In this document: positions 10,179 through 19,800 of the stretch, piece after piece | How positions within the stretch are numbered: position 1 is the stretch's first letter | Layout: each line of letters opens with the position of its first letter | Origin: an uncultured Planctomycetaceae bacterium | GTDB taxonomy: Bacteria; Planctomycetota; Planctomycetia; Planctomycetales; Planctomycetaceae | NCBI GenBank assembly: GCA_963976765.1 | Contig: CAXBME010000009.1 | Coordinates: forward strand, 1 to 64,000 | Length of the DNA stretch: 64,000 nucleotides | Direction: 5' to 3' | The notes under the pieces: model-generated | Seen by the model: the letters and a program-made list of their open reading frames with translations, nothing else | Told to the model about the DNA's origin: nothing | The model's database searches: none | Position numbers and translations under genes: made by a program

Positions 10179-12104
10179 CTACACGGTCGAAACTTCAGCA
10201 GAAATGTTCGCTGCGGCGTTACTGCCTGACGAACAGTTGCGTGCAACTCGGACCAGCCCGTCGAGACTCAGATTGATCGAGTCGAGCAATTCGGCTCGTT
10301 CGCCATGTTCAACGAATCGGTCCGGGATCCCAAGTCGAGTGATCGTCGACGTGTTCAATCCGGCGTCGCTGGCCGCTTCGAGGACGGCCGAACCGAAACC
10401 GCCGACGACCGTCGACTCTTCGACAGTGATCACGAAAGGGCATTCGCGGACGGCTTTCAGGATCGTTTCCGTGTCGAGCGGCTTGGCGAATCGAGCATTG
10501 ATCACGCCGATGTCGAGACCTTCCGTCTGGAGTTGCTCGGCGGCGGCAACGCAGTCGGCGAACTGAGTTCCGAACGCGACGAACATCCCATCGCTGCCCC
10601 ACTTGTAGATTTCCGATTTGCCGAGTTCGATCACCGATGCTGATCGTTCAACAGTGGCAACGCTCGTTTTGGGATAGCGGATCGAAACCGGACCGTCATG
10701 AGTCAGTGAGAAGTCGAGCATTGGAGCGACATCGGCAGCGTCCCCTGGAGCCATCACGACGATGTTCGGGAAAGAGCGCATGTAAGTATTGTCAAACGCG
10801 CCGTGATGAGTTGGTCCGTCGGGTCCGCAGAGTCCAGCCCGGTCCAGCGTGAACGTCACTGGCAGATTCTGCAGTGCGACTTCCTGGAAAATCTGGTCGT
10901 AGCTTCGTTGCAGAAACGTGCTGTAGATATCAACGATCGGTCGCATGCCGGTTTTGGCCATGCCAGCGGCAAATGCGACGGTGTGACCTTCCGTGATTCC
11001 AGTATCAAAGAATCGATCCGGGAAGTCGGCTCGGATTCTTCCAAGATCGTTTCCGGCACACATCGCCGCCGTGTGAATACAGACGCGGTGATCGCGTTTC
11101 ATCATGCTGTAAATCGCGTCGCTGACGAGGTTCGTGTACGCGACCGAACTGCTCTTCTTGAGCGGTACGATTTCGTTGTCCTCTGTCCGCGTAAACGGAG
11201 CCGGCGTGTGAAACCGAACGGGATCCTCGCAGGCCGGTTCGAAACCATGCCCCTTTTCGGTCAGAACATGCAGCATGACCGGACCTTTGATGTCGCGAAC
11301 CATTTCCAGATGCCGCTGCAATGCTGGAAGATCGTGGCCATCGACAGGACCGACATAGCGGAAACCCAGCTCTTCCCAGAGCATGCCGCCGTGCAGCATG
11401 TTTTTGATGGCTTCCTTGAAGTTGCCCAGAGCGTGCTCGACCGGTTCGCCAACGACCGGGACTTTGTTGAGCAGCCAGGCGACGTCGCGTTTCAGCCCGT
11501 TGTAAAACGGCGCAAGTCGAGCTTTGTCGAGGTACTCGGCCAGGCCGCCGACTCGCGGGCAGATCCCCATGCGATTGTCATTCAGAATAACGAGCATGTC
11601 TTTCTTCAGACCGACGGCATTGGTCATGGCTTCCCAGACGATGCCCGATGGAAGCGCTCCGTCGCCGATCACCGCCACCGATCGACGATCATTCTGACCA
11701 ATGAGGTCGTCTCCGGCCTTCAGCCCCAGCGCCGTCGACACACTGCAACCGGCGTGGCCGGTCATGAAAAGGTCGTACTCAGACTCTTCCGGATTCGGGT
11801 AGCCCATCAGGCCGCCGCGAGTTCTGATCGAATCGAAGTCTTTGTACCGCCCCGTCACGAGTTTGTGCGGATAAATCTGGTGGCCGGTGTCCCAGATCAG
11901 TCGGTCTTTTTTGAAGTCGTACGCAAGGTGCAAGGCGATGCACAGTTCGACGACGCCGAGGTTGCTGGCAAAGTGCGCGGCGCGATCTTCGACGACCGAG
12001 CACAGAACTTCACGAATCTCAGCCGCAAGCTGCACCAGCTGACGAGCATCGTAGTTCTGAAGATCTTTTGCCGATTCAATCTGAGGGAGCAGTTCAAGCT
12101 TCAT
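10179..12104 (-). CDS. dxs: 1-deoxy-D-xylulose-5-phosphate synthase
   Basis: HFASNLGVVEL, WDTGHQIYPHK, GDGA...NDN TPP motif, YSTFLQRSYDQ and DRAGLCGPDGPTHHG. Start overlaps the ispA stop (TGATG). Confidence 0.97.
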   Translation of the reverse strand: MKLELLPQIESAKDLQNYDARQLVQLAAEIREVLCSVVEDRAAHFASNLGVVELCIALHLAYDFKKDRLIWDTGHQIYPHKLVTGRYKDFDSIRTRGGLMGYPNPEESEYDLFMTGHAGCSVSTALGLKAGDDLIGQNDRRSVAVIGDGALPSGIVWEAMTNAVGLKKDMLVILNDNRMGICPRVGGLAEYLDKARLAPFYNGLKRDVAWLLNKVPVVGEPVEHALGNFKEAIKNMLHGGMLWEELGFRYVGPVDGHDLPALQRHLEMVRDIKGPVMLHVLTEKGHGFEPACEDPVRFHTPAPFTRTEDNEIVPLKKSSSVAYTNLVSDAIYSMMKRDHRVCIHTAAMCAGNDLGRIRADFPDRFFDTGITEGHTVAFAAGMAKTGMRPIVDIYSTFLQRSYDQIFQEVALQNLPVTFTLDRAGLCGPDGPTHHGAFDNTYMRSFPNIVVMAPGDAADVAPMLDFSLTHDGPVSIRYPKTSVATVERSASVIELGKSEIYKWGSDGMFVAFGTQFADCVAAAEQLQTEGLDIGVINARFAKPLDTETILKAVRECPFVITVEESTVVGGFGSAVLEAASDAGLNTSTITRLGIPDRFVEHGERAELLDSINLSLDGLVRVARNCSSGSNAAANISAEVSTV

Positions 12105-13048
12105 CAGTGATCTCTTTCCAGTATGAAACGCGCCAGGGCTTCCAACCGAAGACCCCGATCCCCCAAAGGTTGAATCGAGCGGCAGGCTTCGTCGACTAAC
12201 GACTGTGCCCGCCGGCGGCTTTCGTCGAGTCCCAGAAGACCCGGATAAGTGAGTTTACCGAGTTCGGCGTCTTTTCGAACGCCTTTGCCCATTTTGGCTT
12301 CATCGCCCGTGATGTCCAGAAGGTCATCCGCAATCTGGAAGGCCAGACCAACACATTTTCCAAAATGATCGAGCATTTCGATCGTGTTTTCGTCGGCTTT
12401 GGCAATTCGTCCACCCATTGTCAGAGCTGATCGCAATAACCTGCCTGTTTTCCGCAGATGGATCGCTTCGAGCTGCGAAACCCTGCTGGTTTGTTTGCTG
12501 CGGCCATCGTTGACCGTTTGAGCTGTTTCTGAGTGGTCAGTTCCCGCCTCCGGAAGCAAATCTGCAATTTCGGGGCGTTCGCCCTGCAAATCGGCCATCT
12601 GGCCGCCAACCATTCCGTTCACTCCGGCGGCCGAAGCAAGATCCAGGACGCAGGCTAGAGCAACGTCCGCAGGCCTGATGTCGCGTGCGAGAACCTCAAA
12701 TGCCAGCGTCAGCAATCCGTCGCCAGCGAGAATCGCGGTGGCCTCGTCGAACTGTCTGTGGTTTGTTGGCTGGCCTCGACGCAGATCATCGTTGTCCATC
12801 GCGGGCAGGTCGTCGTGGATCAACGAGTAAGTATGAATAAACTCGATCGCGACCGCAGCGGGAATCGCGTCTGACGGCTCGCCGCCGCACGCTTCGCAGG
12901 CCAGCAGCACCATGACAGGCCGCAACCGCTTGCCGCCGGCCTGGACCGAGTACCGCATCGATTCGCGCAGCCGAGTCGGGCAGTCGTCACCCGGCGCAAG
13001 GTAGCGCTCGAATGCCTCTTCGACGATCTTCCTGAACTCATCAAACAC
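12104..13048 (-). CDS. ispA: Polyprenyl (farnesyl/geranylgeranyl) diphosphate synthase
   Basis: GGKRLRP, first Asp-rich motif LIHDDLPAMDNDDLRRG, GQMADL, second motif FQIADDLLD, and KLTYP. GTG start at 13048 after AAGGGA. Confidence 0.9.
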   Translation of the reverse strand: MFDEFRKIVEEAFERYLAPGDDCPTRLRESMRYSVQAGGKRLRPVMVLLACEACGGEPSDAIPAAVAIEFIHTYSLIHDDLPAMDNDDLRRGQPTNHRQFDEATAILAGDGLLTLAFEVLARDIRPADVALACVLDLASAAGVNGMVGGQMADLQGERPEIADLLPEAGTDHSETAQTVNDGRSKQTSRVSQLEAIHLRKTGRLLRSALTMGGRIAKADENTIEMLDHFGKCVGLAFQIADDLLDITGDEAKMGKGVRKDAELGKLTYPGLLGLDESRRRAQSLVDEACRSIQPLGDRGLRLEALARFILERDH

Positions 13049-13196
13049 CGGACGTCCCTTCCGAGGCGCAATCGCTCGTTCCACTCTCACGAATCAGATC
13101 GAAGCTTCTCAGCGGAGAACAATACTGTCAAACACGAAGCTGCAGAATTACGCCCTCCCCTGGGATTCGACTTCAAAAAGACAGGAAACGTGTCTG

Positions 13197-13739
13197 CTAA
13201 CCCAACGTCGCGAAAATCGGATGATACTTCGCAAGACCGCATTCTGTCGGCGGCACTGGCTTGACGAGCCAGCGGATCATGAACGCTTCTTTCGGGATGC
13301 CTTCAAACTCGCAACCAACGTTGCTGGCAGATGCTGGAGCAAATCCAAACTTCGAATAGTAGTCGGGATGTCCGAGCACGATGACAAAGCTGCTGGCGCT
13401 CTCAGTCGCTGCATCAGTTCCGTCCTTGATCAGACGCGAGCCAATTCCCTGTCGCTGAAATTCCGGGAGAACCGACATCGGTGCGAGCCCCAGACCCTCG
13501 CAGCAACAGTTCGACCACTCGATCTTCGCCGGAGAAAACAGAATGTGCCCCACAATCCGGCCCGCACACTCGGCGACCAGAGAAATTGAAGCAGCACCAT
13601 CCGCTCGAAGTTTGTCGACAAGCTCAGCTTCGCCGTTGTGGCCGAAATCGCTGAACTCGAAGGCAAGCGCAGTCACCTCGCGGATCGCGGCCTCGTCGTC
13701 AGGTCGTTCGGGACGAATCTCGATGGGAACTTCGTTCAT
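13197..13739 (-). CDS. GNAT family N-acetyltransferase (YhbS-like)
   Basis: IRPERPDD, EAELVDKLR, LAPMSVLPEFQRQGIGSRL and VLGHPDYYSKFGF motifs. Confidence 0.88.
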   Translation of the reverse strand: MNEVPIEIRPERPDDEAAIREVTALAFEFSDFGHNGEAELVDKLRADGAASISLVAECAGRIVGHILFSPAKIEWSNCCCEGLGLAPMSVLPEFQRQGIGSRLIKDGTDAATESASSFVIVLGHPDYYSKFGFAPASASNVGCEFEGIPKEAFMIRWLVKPVPPTECGLAKYHPIFATLG

Positions 13740-13793
13740 ATGGCTCAGTTGGTGGAGAAATCTGGCGAGACTCACAGTGGGGCAGATGTTCGC

Positions 13794-14843
13794 TCAGCGC
13801 TGGTAAATGGGCAGGTATTGATACTCGACTGCCAGCGCGAGCACTGACATGCTGGTTGCGTAGATCGGTCCGAACGATGCTTCACTTCCGTCCTGGGGGT
13901 TCCAGCTCCCGTCGGGATGCTGCCTGGTCAGCAGCAAAGTCGTCACGTTATTTCGAGTCTGCTCCCAGTGGCGGCCTCCGACCTGAAACATGCCGACCGT
14001 GCTGTAGTAAACTCCGTAAAAGAAGAAACTGTCGTTGTACCTGAGTGGTCGACGCAGCAGGTAATCGGCGCCGGCCATTGTCGCAGGAGCGTGGTGCTCG
14101 CCACAGATTTCCAGACACAGAATGCCGGTCCCCGTTCGAGTCGGACTGACACCGTGACCCGCCTGGTACGAAAAACCACCATTTCGATCGGCGCATTTAT
14201 TGACGTACGAGACGGCGTATTCGATCGCTTCAGCCGGGACATCGCAGCCGATGTTCTTTGCCGCTCGCAGTGCCAGAAGTTGCCAGCCCGTCACGCTGAG
14301 ATCGCTGTCGTGGCTTGACGCGTCATACCGCCAGCCACCGGCGTGCTGATTCCCTTTCGGGACTTCCTGCGCTTTCAGAATCAGCAGGATGGCTTTTTCG
14401 AGACTCTTGCGAACTCGATCGTTCAAAGGCGCGTCGGCCATACCGGCAACTTCGGCCAGCATCAGCGTGCAGATTCCGTGAGTGTACATCGGCCCGCTGC
14501 CAGCTCGATGTTGAAAGAGCCCGTCGTTCTGTCGCTGATTACTGAGCACCCAGCGAATGCCACGCTCCATCGCCTCGCCGTACGGACCTTCACCCGGCAC
14601 ATGCCCGGCAGCCATGAACGCCATGACAGCCAACGATGTCGCGGACGCCGCATCCCGCCCACGACTGGCATTAAGAAGCTGCCAGGCTCCGGAAGGTTGC
14701 TGCTGTGCCGCCAGGAACTTCAATGCCCGCACAATCGACCGGTCAACCTCACGATCACCGGGAGCCCCCTGCGCGAACGCTGTCGTTGCGACCGATCCGG
14801 CAACAAGTAACGACAGAAAGATACAACAGAGGCGTCGATTCAT
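13794..14843 (-). CDS. Secreted prenyltransferase/squalene-oxidase-repeat protein
   Basis: Signal peptide ending TAFA-Q; QW-like repeats (QQQPSGAW, QHPDGSW); motifs GPMYTHGICTL, GGWRY, SDLSVTGWQLLALRAAK and C-terminal YLPIYQR. Confidence 0.85.
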   Translation of the reverse strand: MNRRLCCIFLSLLVAGSVATTAFAQGAPGDREVDRSIVRALKFLAAQQQPSGAWQLLNASRGRDAASATSLAVMAFMAAGHVPGEGPYGEAMERGIRWVLSNQRQNDGLFQHRAGSGPMYTHGICTLMLAEVAGMADAPLNDRVRKSLEKAILLILKAQEVPKGNQHAGGWRYDASSHDSDLSVTGWQLLALRAAKNIGCDVPAEAIEYAVSYVNKCADRNGGFSYQAGHGVSPTRTGTGILCLEICGEHHAPATMAGADYLLRRPLRYNDSFFFYGVYYSTVGMFQVGGRHWEQTRNNVTTLLLTRQHPDGSWNPQDGSEASFGPIYATSMSVLALAVEYQYLPIYQR

Positions 14844-14989
14844 GGCGAACGCTATTTTCGTCAGTTGAAGTTCGAGATGGTCACAGACGGGAGTGCCCAT
14901 CATCGAACAAGAATCATAACGGCATCGTTGACTCATCGGACAGCTCGGTATGATCTGACGCCGAGCCGCAGAAATTTAGAGCTGCAGTT

Positions 14990-15052
14990 AAGCACGAAAT
15001 TGCGCGGATACTCCAAAAGGACATCCGTGTTTATCTGTGTCATCCGTGGCTT
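14990..15052. repeat. Degenerate short-period intergenic repeat element (ATC[C/T]GTG x3 with a partial inverted arm)
   Basis: ATCCGTGT-TT-ATCTGTGT-C-ATCCGTGG-CTT at 15023-15052, with a partly complementary left arm AAGCACGAAATTGCGCGGAT. Confidence 0.5.
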
Positions 15053-15211
15053 TTAGATTTGGTCAGGCTTGCTGAGTATTGTCCCGGTTTTGCCTGATAC
15101 ACAATGGTTGACAAACTGCTGAACCGCGACTCAGCCTGCTTTTTGCAGCGTTGCGGCTAAATTCCACGTCTTCCTGCAGAAAAGTTCCCGTACCAATTAT
15201 CAAGAGAATTC

Positions 15212-16837
15212 ATGGACGAATCCAACTACGATCTGGTTGTCATTGGCGGTGGACACAACGGGCTGGTGTGTGCGTTTGAGATGGCTCGTGCGGGGCGGAA
15301 AGTGCTTGTGCTCGAGCGGCGGAGTCTCGTCGGCGGTTGCGCCGTGACGGAAGAACTCTGGCCTGGGTACAGAGTCTCGACGGCGTCGTACGTTGTCAGT
15401 CTGCTGCTGCCGGAAATCGAAGAACGCATGGAGCTGAAACGGCACGGCTACAAAGTGCTGCCTCGAACGCCGTCATCATTCACGCCGCTCGACGATGGCC
15501 GTTACCTGCTGCTGGGACCGGATGAGGAATTGACACGTCGTGAAATTGCGAAGTTTTCGCAGCGAGACGCGGATGCTTATCCAGAGTACAACCGGCTGCT
15601 GGAACGAATCGCCGAGTGCCTGGAGCCGGTGCTCGACCAGACTCCACCGGATTTGTTGCCGTTGCCTCGCGAGTGGCGCGAGATTTCATTCGGCAAGAAG
15701 TTACGAGACACAAAAACCGGCTGGTCGATCTTTCAGGCGCTCAAGCAGCTTGGCTCGGACATGCCTGAAGCGATCGAGTTACTGACCGGTGCCGCTCGAC
15801 CGATTCTCGATCGCTGGTTTGAGTCCGACATTCTGAAAGCGACGCTGGCGACTGACGCCATCATCGGAACCTTTCAACCAATTTCGGCACCGGGCACGGC
15901 CTATGTGTTGCTGCATCATGTAATGGGATCGTCCGGCGGCGCGCGAGGCGTCTGGGGTTATGTCGAAGGCGGCATGGGCGGCTTGACTCAGGCAATGGCG
16001 AAGTCGTGCAAAGAAGCTGGCGTGACCATTCGAACCGACGCCGAAGTCGCGTCGATCCTCGTCGTCGACAACAAAGCTTGCGGAGTTGTTCTTACCAGCG
16101 GCGAAGAAATCCGAGCGACAGCTGTCGCGTCGAACGTCGATGCTCATCTGACATTCGAAAAGTTTCTTGAAAAGAAACAACTGCCGGACGACTTCGCGCG
16201 AGCTGTCAGCCGGATTGATTACTCGTCGGCGAGCATGAAAATCAATCTGGCGGTCAGCGAACTGCCGGACTTCACCTGCCTGCCTGGAAACGCCGAAGTC
16301 GGGCCGCAGCATCGAGGCACGATTCACATCGGCTGCGAACTGGAATATCTCGAACGAGCGTACGACGACGCGAAGTACGGTCAGCCTTCGCAGCGACCGG
16401 TTGTCGAGATGACGATTCCCACTTCAGTCGACCAAACGCTGGCGCCCGACGGGCATCACATTCTGTCTTTGTTCGTGCAGTACGCTCCGTACCGCCTGGC
16501 AGAAGGCCACTGGGATGACGTCAAGGAAGAATTCGCCGATCGCTGCATCGCGGAAATTGCCAGGTTTGCTCCCAATGTTCCTTCGTCGATTATTCACAGG
16601 CAGATTCTGTCACCGGTCGATCTGGAACGAGTTTACGGCCTCACCGGCGGCAACATTTTTCAGGGAGCGATGCCGCTTCATCAGCTTTTCAGCATGCGCC
16701 CGGTTGCTGGCTGGAGTGATTACCGAACGCCGATCGACGGCTTGTACATCTGCGGCAGCGCGGCTCACCCCGGCGGAGGCGTCATGGGTGCCTGCGGTTT
16801 GAATTCCGCCCGCGAGATCCTGCGCGACCGCCGCTGA
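15212..16837 (+). CDS. Phytoene desaturase-family FAD-dependent oxidoreductase (PYROXD2-like)
   Basis: VVIGGGHNGLV Rossmann motif, VLERR..VGGCAVTEE, WGYVEGGMG and C-terminal GSAAHPGGGVMGACG. Confidence 0.9.
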   Translation: MDESNYDLVVIGGGHNGLVCAFEMARAGRKVLVLERRSLVGGCAVTEELWPGYRVSTASYVVSLLLPEIEERMELKRHGYKVLPRTPSSFTPLDDGRYLLLGPDEELTRREIAKFSQRDADAYPEYNRLLERIAECLEPVLDQTPPDLLPLPREWREISFGKKLRDTKTGWSIFQALKQLGSDMPEAIELLTGAARPILDRWFESDILKATLATDAIIGTFQPISAPGTAYVLLHHVMGSSGGARGVWGYVEGGMGGLTQAMAKSCKEAGVTIRTDAEVASILVVDNKACGVVLTSGEEIRATAVASNVDAHLTFEKFLEKKQLPDDFARAVSRIDYSSASMKINLAVSELPDFTCLPGNAEVGPQHRGTIHIGCELEYLERAYDDAKYGQPSQRPVVEMTIPTSVDQTLAPDGHHILSLFVQYAPYRLAEGHWDDVKEEFADRCIAEIARFAPNVPSSIIHRQILSPVDLERVYGLTGGNIFQGAMPLHQLFSMRPVAGWSDYRTPIDGLYICGSAAHPGGGVMGACGLNSAREILRDRR

Positions 16838-16880
16838 CCCACGTCCAGATGCGGATCAGCGGCGTTGAACTCTCGGAAGA

Positions 16881-19800
16881 TTACTCTGCTCCTGAAGCGA
16901 CCGATTCGCGAACGATTTCGGCCATTTTCGGTTTATCCGGAGCAGACTCCCACGGCGTGGTGAGCCACAGAATCGCTCGTCCGTCCTCGCTGGCAGTCAG
17001 CACGTACTTGCCATCCGGTGAGAACACAACTGAGGTGACCTCGCGAGTATGACCGTCGAGAGTGAGAATTTCCTTGTTCTCTTTGGTGTCCCAGAGTTTG
17101 ACCGCTCCGTCCTGGCTGGCGGTGACAGCACGAGTTGGATTCTCGCCCGGAGCGAAGGCCACGGACGTAACCCGTGCCGTGTGCCCAGCCAGAACTGACA
17201 GTTCTGTCCCGTTAGTCGCATCCCAGATGCGAGCGGTGTTGTCCTCGCTGGCCGTGATGACAAACTTACCATCGTCGGAGAATTCCGCAGAAAGAACGGC
17301 CCACTCGTGTCCGTTAAAGATTTGAGAGACCGCAGCTTCAAGACTCACCGATCCATCTGCCTGAGCGGTTTCTTTCAGTTTCCAGATGCGGGCTGTTCGG
17401 TCGTTGGAAGAGGTCAGAATCAGTGACCCGTCTTTCGAGAACGTAGCGTGTCGAACTCGATCTTCATGCCCGATCAGCGTTGTCAGAACGACTCCCGTTC
17501 GCGCGTCCCAGATTTTCGCGGTTCCATCGTCGCTGCCCGTCAGCACCCATCGCCCGGCAGAATCCGGTGAGAAGACGGCGGAATTAACGAACCCGGCGTG
17601 ACCGTTGTCACCGGCCAGTTTTCGCAGATCGGCACCCGTGCTGGCGTCCCAGATTCTGGCGGAGAAATCCCAGCTTCCTGTCACAATCTGCGACCCGTCC
17701 GGCGAGTAGCTGGCCGAAGCAATGACTCCATGCGGACTGAACGCGACGAGTGTTTCGTCGCTTTTTCGCCTGACAGATTTCAAGCCGATCAGTTTTGCAT
17801 CACTGCCGCCCAGGGCGACGATCGCGAGGTCATTTTTCACCGGAGCGAAGATTGCCGACCAGAGCTGCCCTTCTGAAACGTAGGTCTGGTCAGGATCGAT
17901 TGATGGCTGACCGTTCTCCAGCGAGAAGACAAAAGCCTTTCGACCATTGGCGTCGACTGCCAGACCCTTTGTCCCGTCAGCATTAATGGCGACGTCGGTC
18001 ACCTTCGCATCGCCGCGATTGAAGTCCGCAACGACCTTCGCCGTGTCGGCATCCCAAAGTCGAACGCTGCCGTCACCACATGCCGTAAGAACCTGGTGAG
18101 AGTTCGGACGCAGTGACATCGCGACGACGGAATCCGGGTGACTCAGAATCAGTTCAGGAATCTCTCTGCCCGTCGTCAGATCCCATTGGGCGACCGTTTT
18201 GTCGGCACACGCGGTGAGGACGCGGTTCGTTCCTGGCAGGAATGCGGCCCCCGTGATGCGACTGCGAGCGTGGCCTTTCAGTTCGAGAATCACCTTCTGC
18301 GACTTCACGTCCCAGATAAAGACTCGCCCGCTGGAATCTCCAGTCAGCAGCTGTTGATCATTTGCTGAAATAGCGACGGCTGTTACTTCATTGTTGTGGC
18401 CTTTGCTGTTTTCGCCGCCTTTGAAGACAAACGCCAGCTCACCGGTCTCAGCATTCCAGATTCTGGCCGAGTTGTCATCGCCGCCGGTGACGGCCCACTT
18501 GCCATTATTGGAAACGGTTAATGCAGCCGCTCGTCCGGTATGTTCAAGGCGAACCAGCTGAGTCCCCGAATCGACGTCCCAGATTCGGACCGTGTTATCA
18601 ACGGCTCCCGTCGCCAGGCGTTTTCCGCCGGGGAAGAAAGCGGCCGATGTTGCCAGGAACGAATGCCCTTCCGCAAACACCTTGAGTGGCTGTCCCGTAA
18701 CGGTTTCCCAGGTTCTCGCCGTTCGGTCACGACTGGCAGTGACAATTCGCTCGCCGTCTGGTGAAAAACCAGCCGACAGGATCGCATCGACGTGACCTTC
18801 CAGAACCTGTCCCTGAAGCACTCGAATTTCTTCGTACTCGCTGATGTTCCATTTTCGAATGCTGTTATCGTGGCTGCCGGACAGGATGACCTGATCGCTT
18901 TGAGCGAAAGCGACTGTTCGGACCGCTCCGTCGTGGCCACGAAACGATTTCAGAAGCTGACCACCTTCGGAGTCCCACAGGCGAATGGTGTTGTCCTGGC
19001 TGCCGCTGATGATGCGCGATCCATCCTGCGAGAACGCGACAGCTCGAACCGGTCCTTCGTGACCGTCAAGACTGCGGAACTTCGGAGGCGGAACCACACT
19101 TCCATTCTTCGATGTCAGCCGCGTGAAGTCGTAAGGTCGAACATCGCTCGGCCGCCAGACCAGGACGCGTTTGTCGTAGCCACCGGTGACAACCGCGTCG
19201 CCGTTCGATGAAAACGCGGCTGAGTAAACCGGTCCGTCGTGGCCGGTGAACGGCGCGCCGGGTTCGCCCGTGGTCACATCCCAGACGATGGCTGTGCCGT
19301 CCTGGCTGACCGTGACAATCTTCTTTTCATCCGGTGAGAACTGAGCGTCCCAGACCCACCAGTTGTGACCCAGGAACCGACGATTCTGCTGGCCGGTGGC
19401 CACATTCCAGATGCGTGCCGTGTTGTCATACGAGGTCGTCAGCAGTTTCTGACTACCCTGGCTGACTTTCGAGAAGTGCACACTGAGAACAGCGTCCGTA
19501 TGAGACGTCGCCTCGTTGGTGTTATTGCCAAACTTCTGGCTGACTCGTTCGCCGGTTTCAGCATTCCAGACCTGGACGTAACCGTTAACGGCGTCGTTGC
19601 TGCCCGTCGCAATCCATTTTCCGTCGCCGGACCAGTCAACCGAGTAAATGTAAAGCCCGTCGTGATGAAGTTGTTTGAGCTGCCGTCCGGATTCCAGATC
19701 CCAGATCGTAGCCGATCCATTCCAGCCGCCAGTGACAAACTGCTTGCCGCCTGGCGCCAGAGCAATCGCGTCAACGGGAGCTTTGTTATCAAAGGTGCCA

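Noticed and set aside
10803..12110. 435-aa + strand ORF
   Set aside because: Antisense shadow of dxs.
10179..16837. Terpene/carotenoid biosynthetic cluster (dxs, ispA, 'cyclase', 'desaturase')
   Set aside because: The prenyltransferase-repeat protein is a single secreted domain with no DxDD catalytic motif. The oxidoreductase is PYROXD2-like, and no phytoene or squalene synthase is present.
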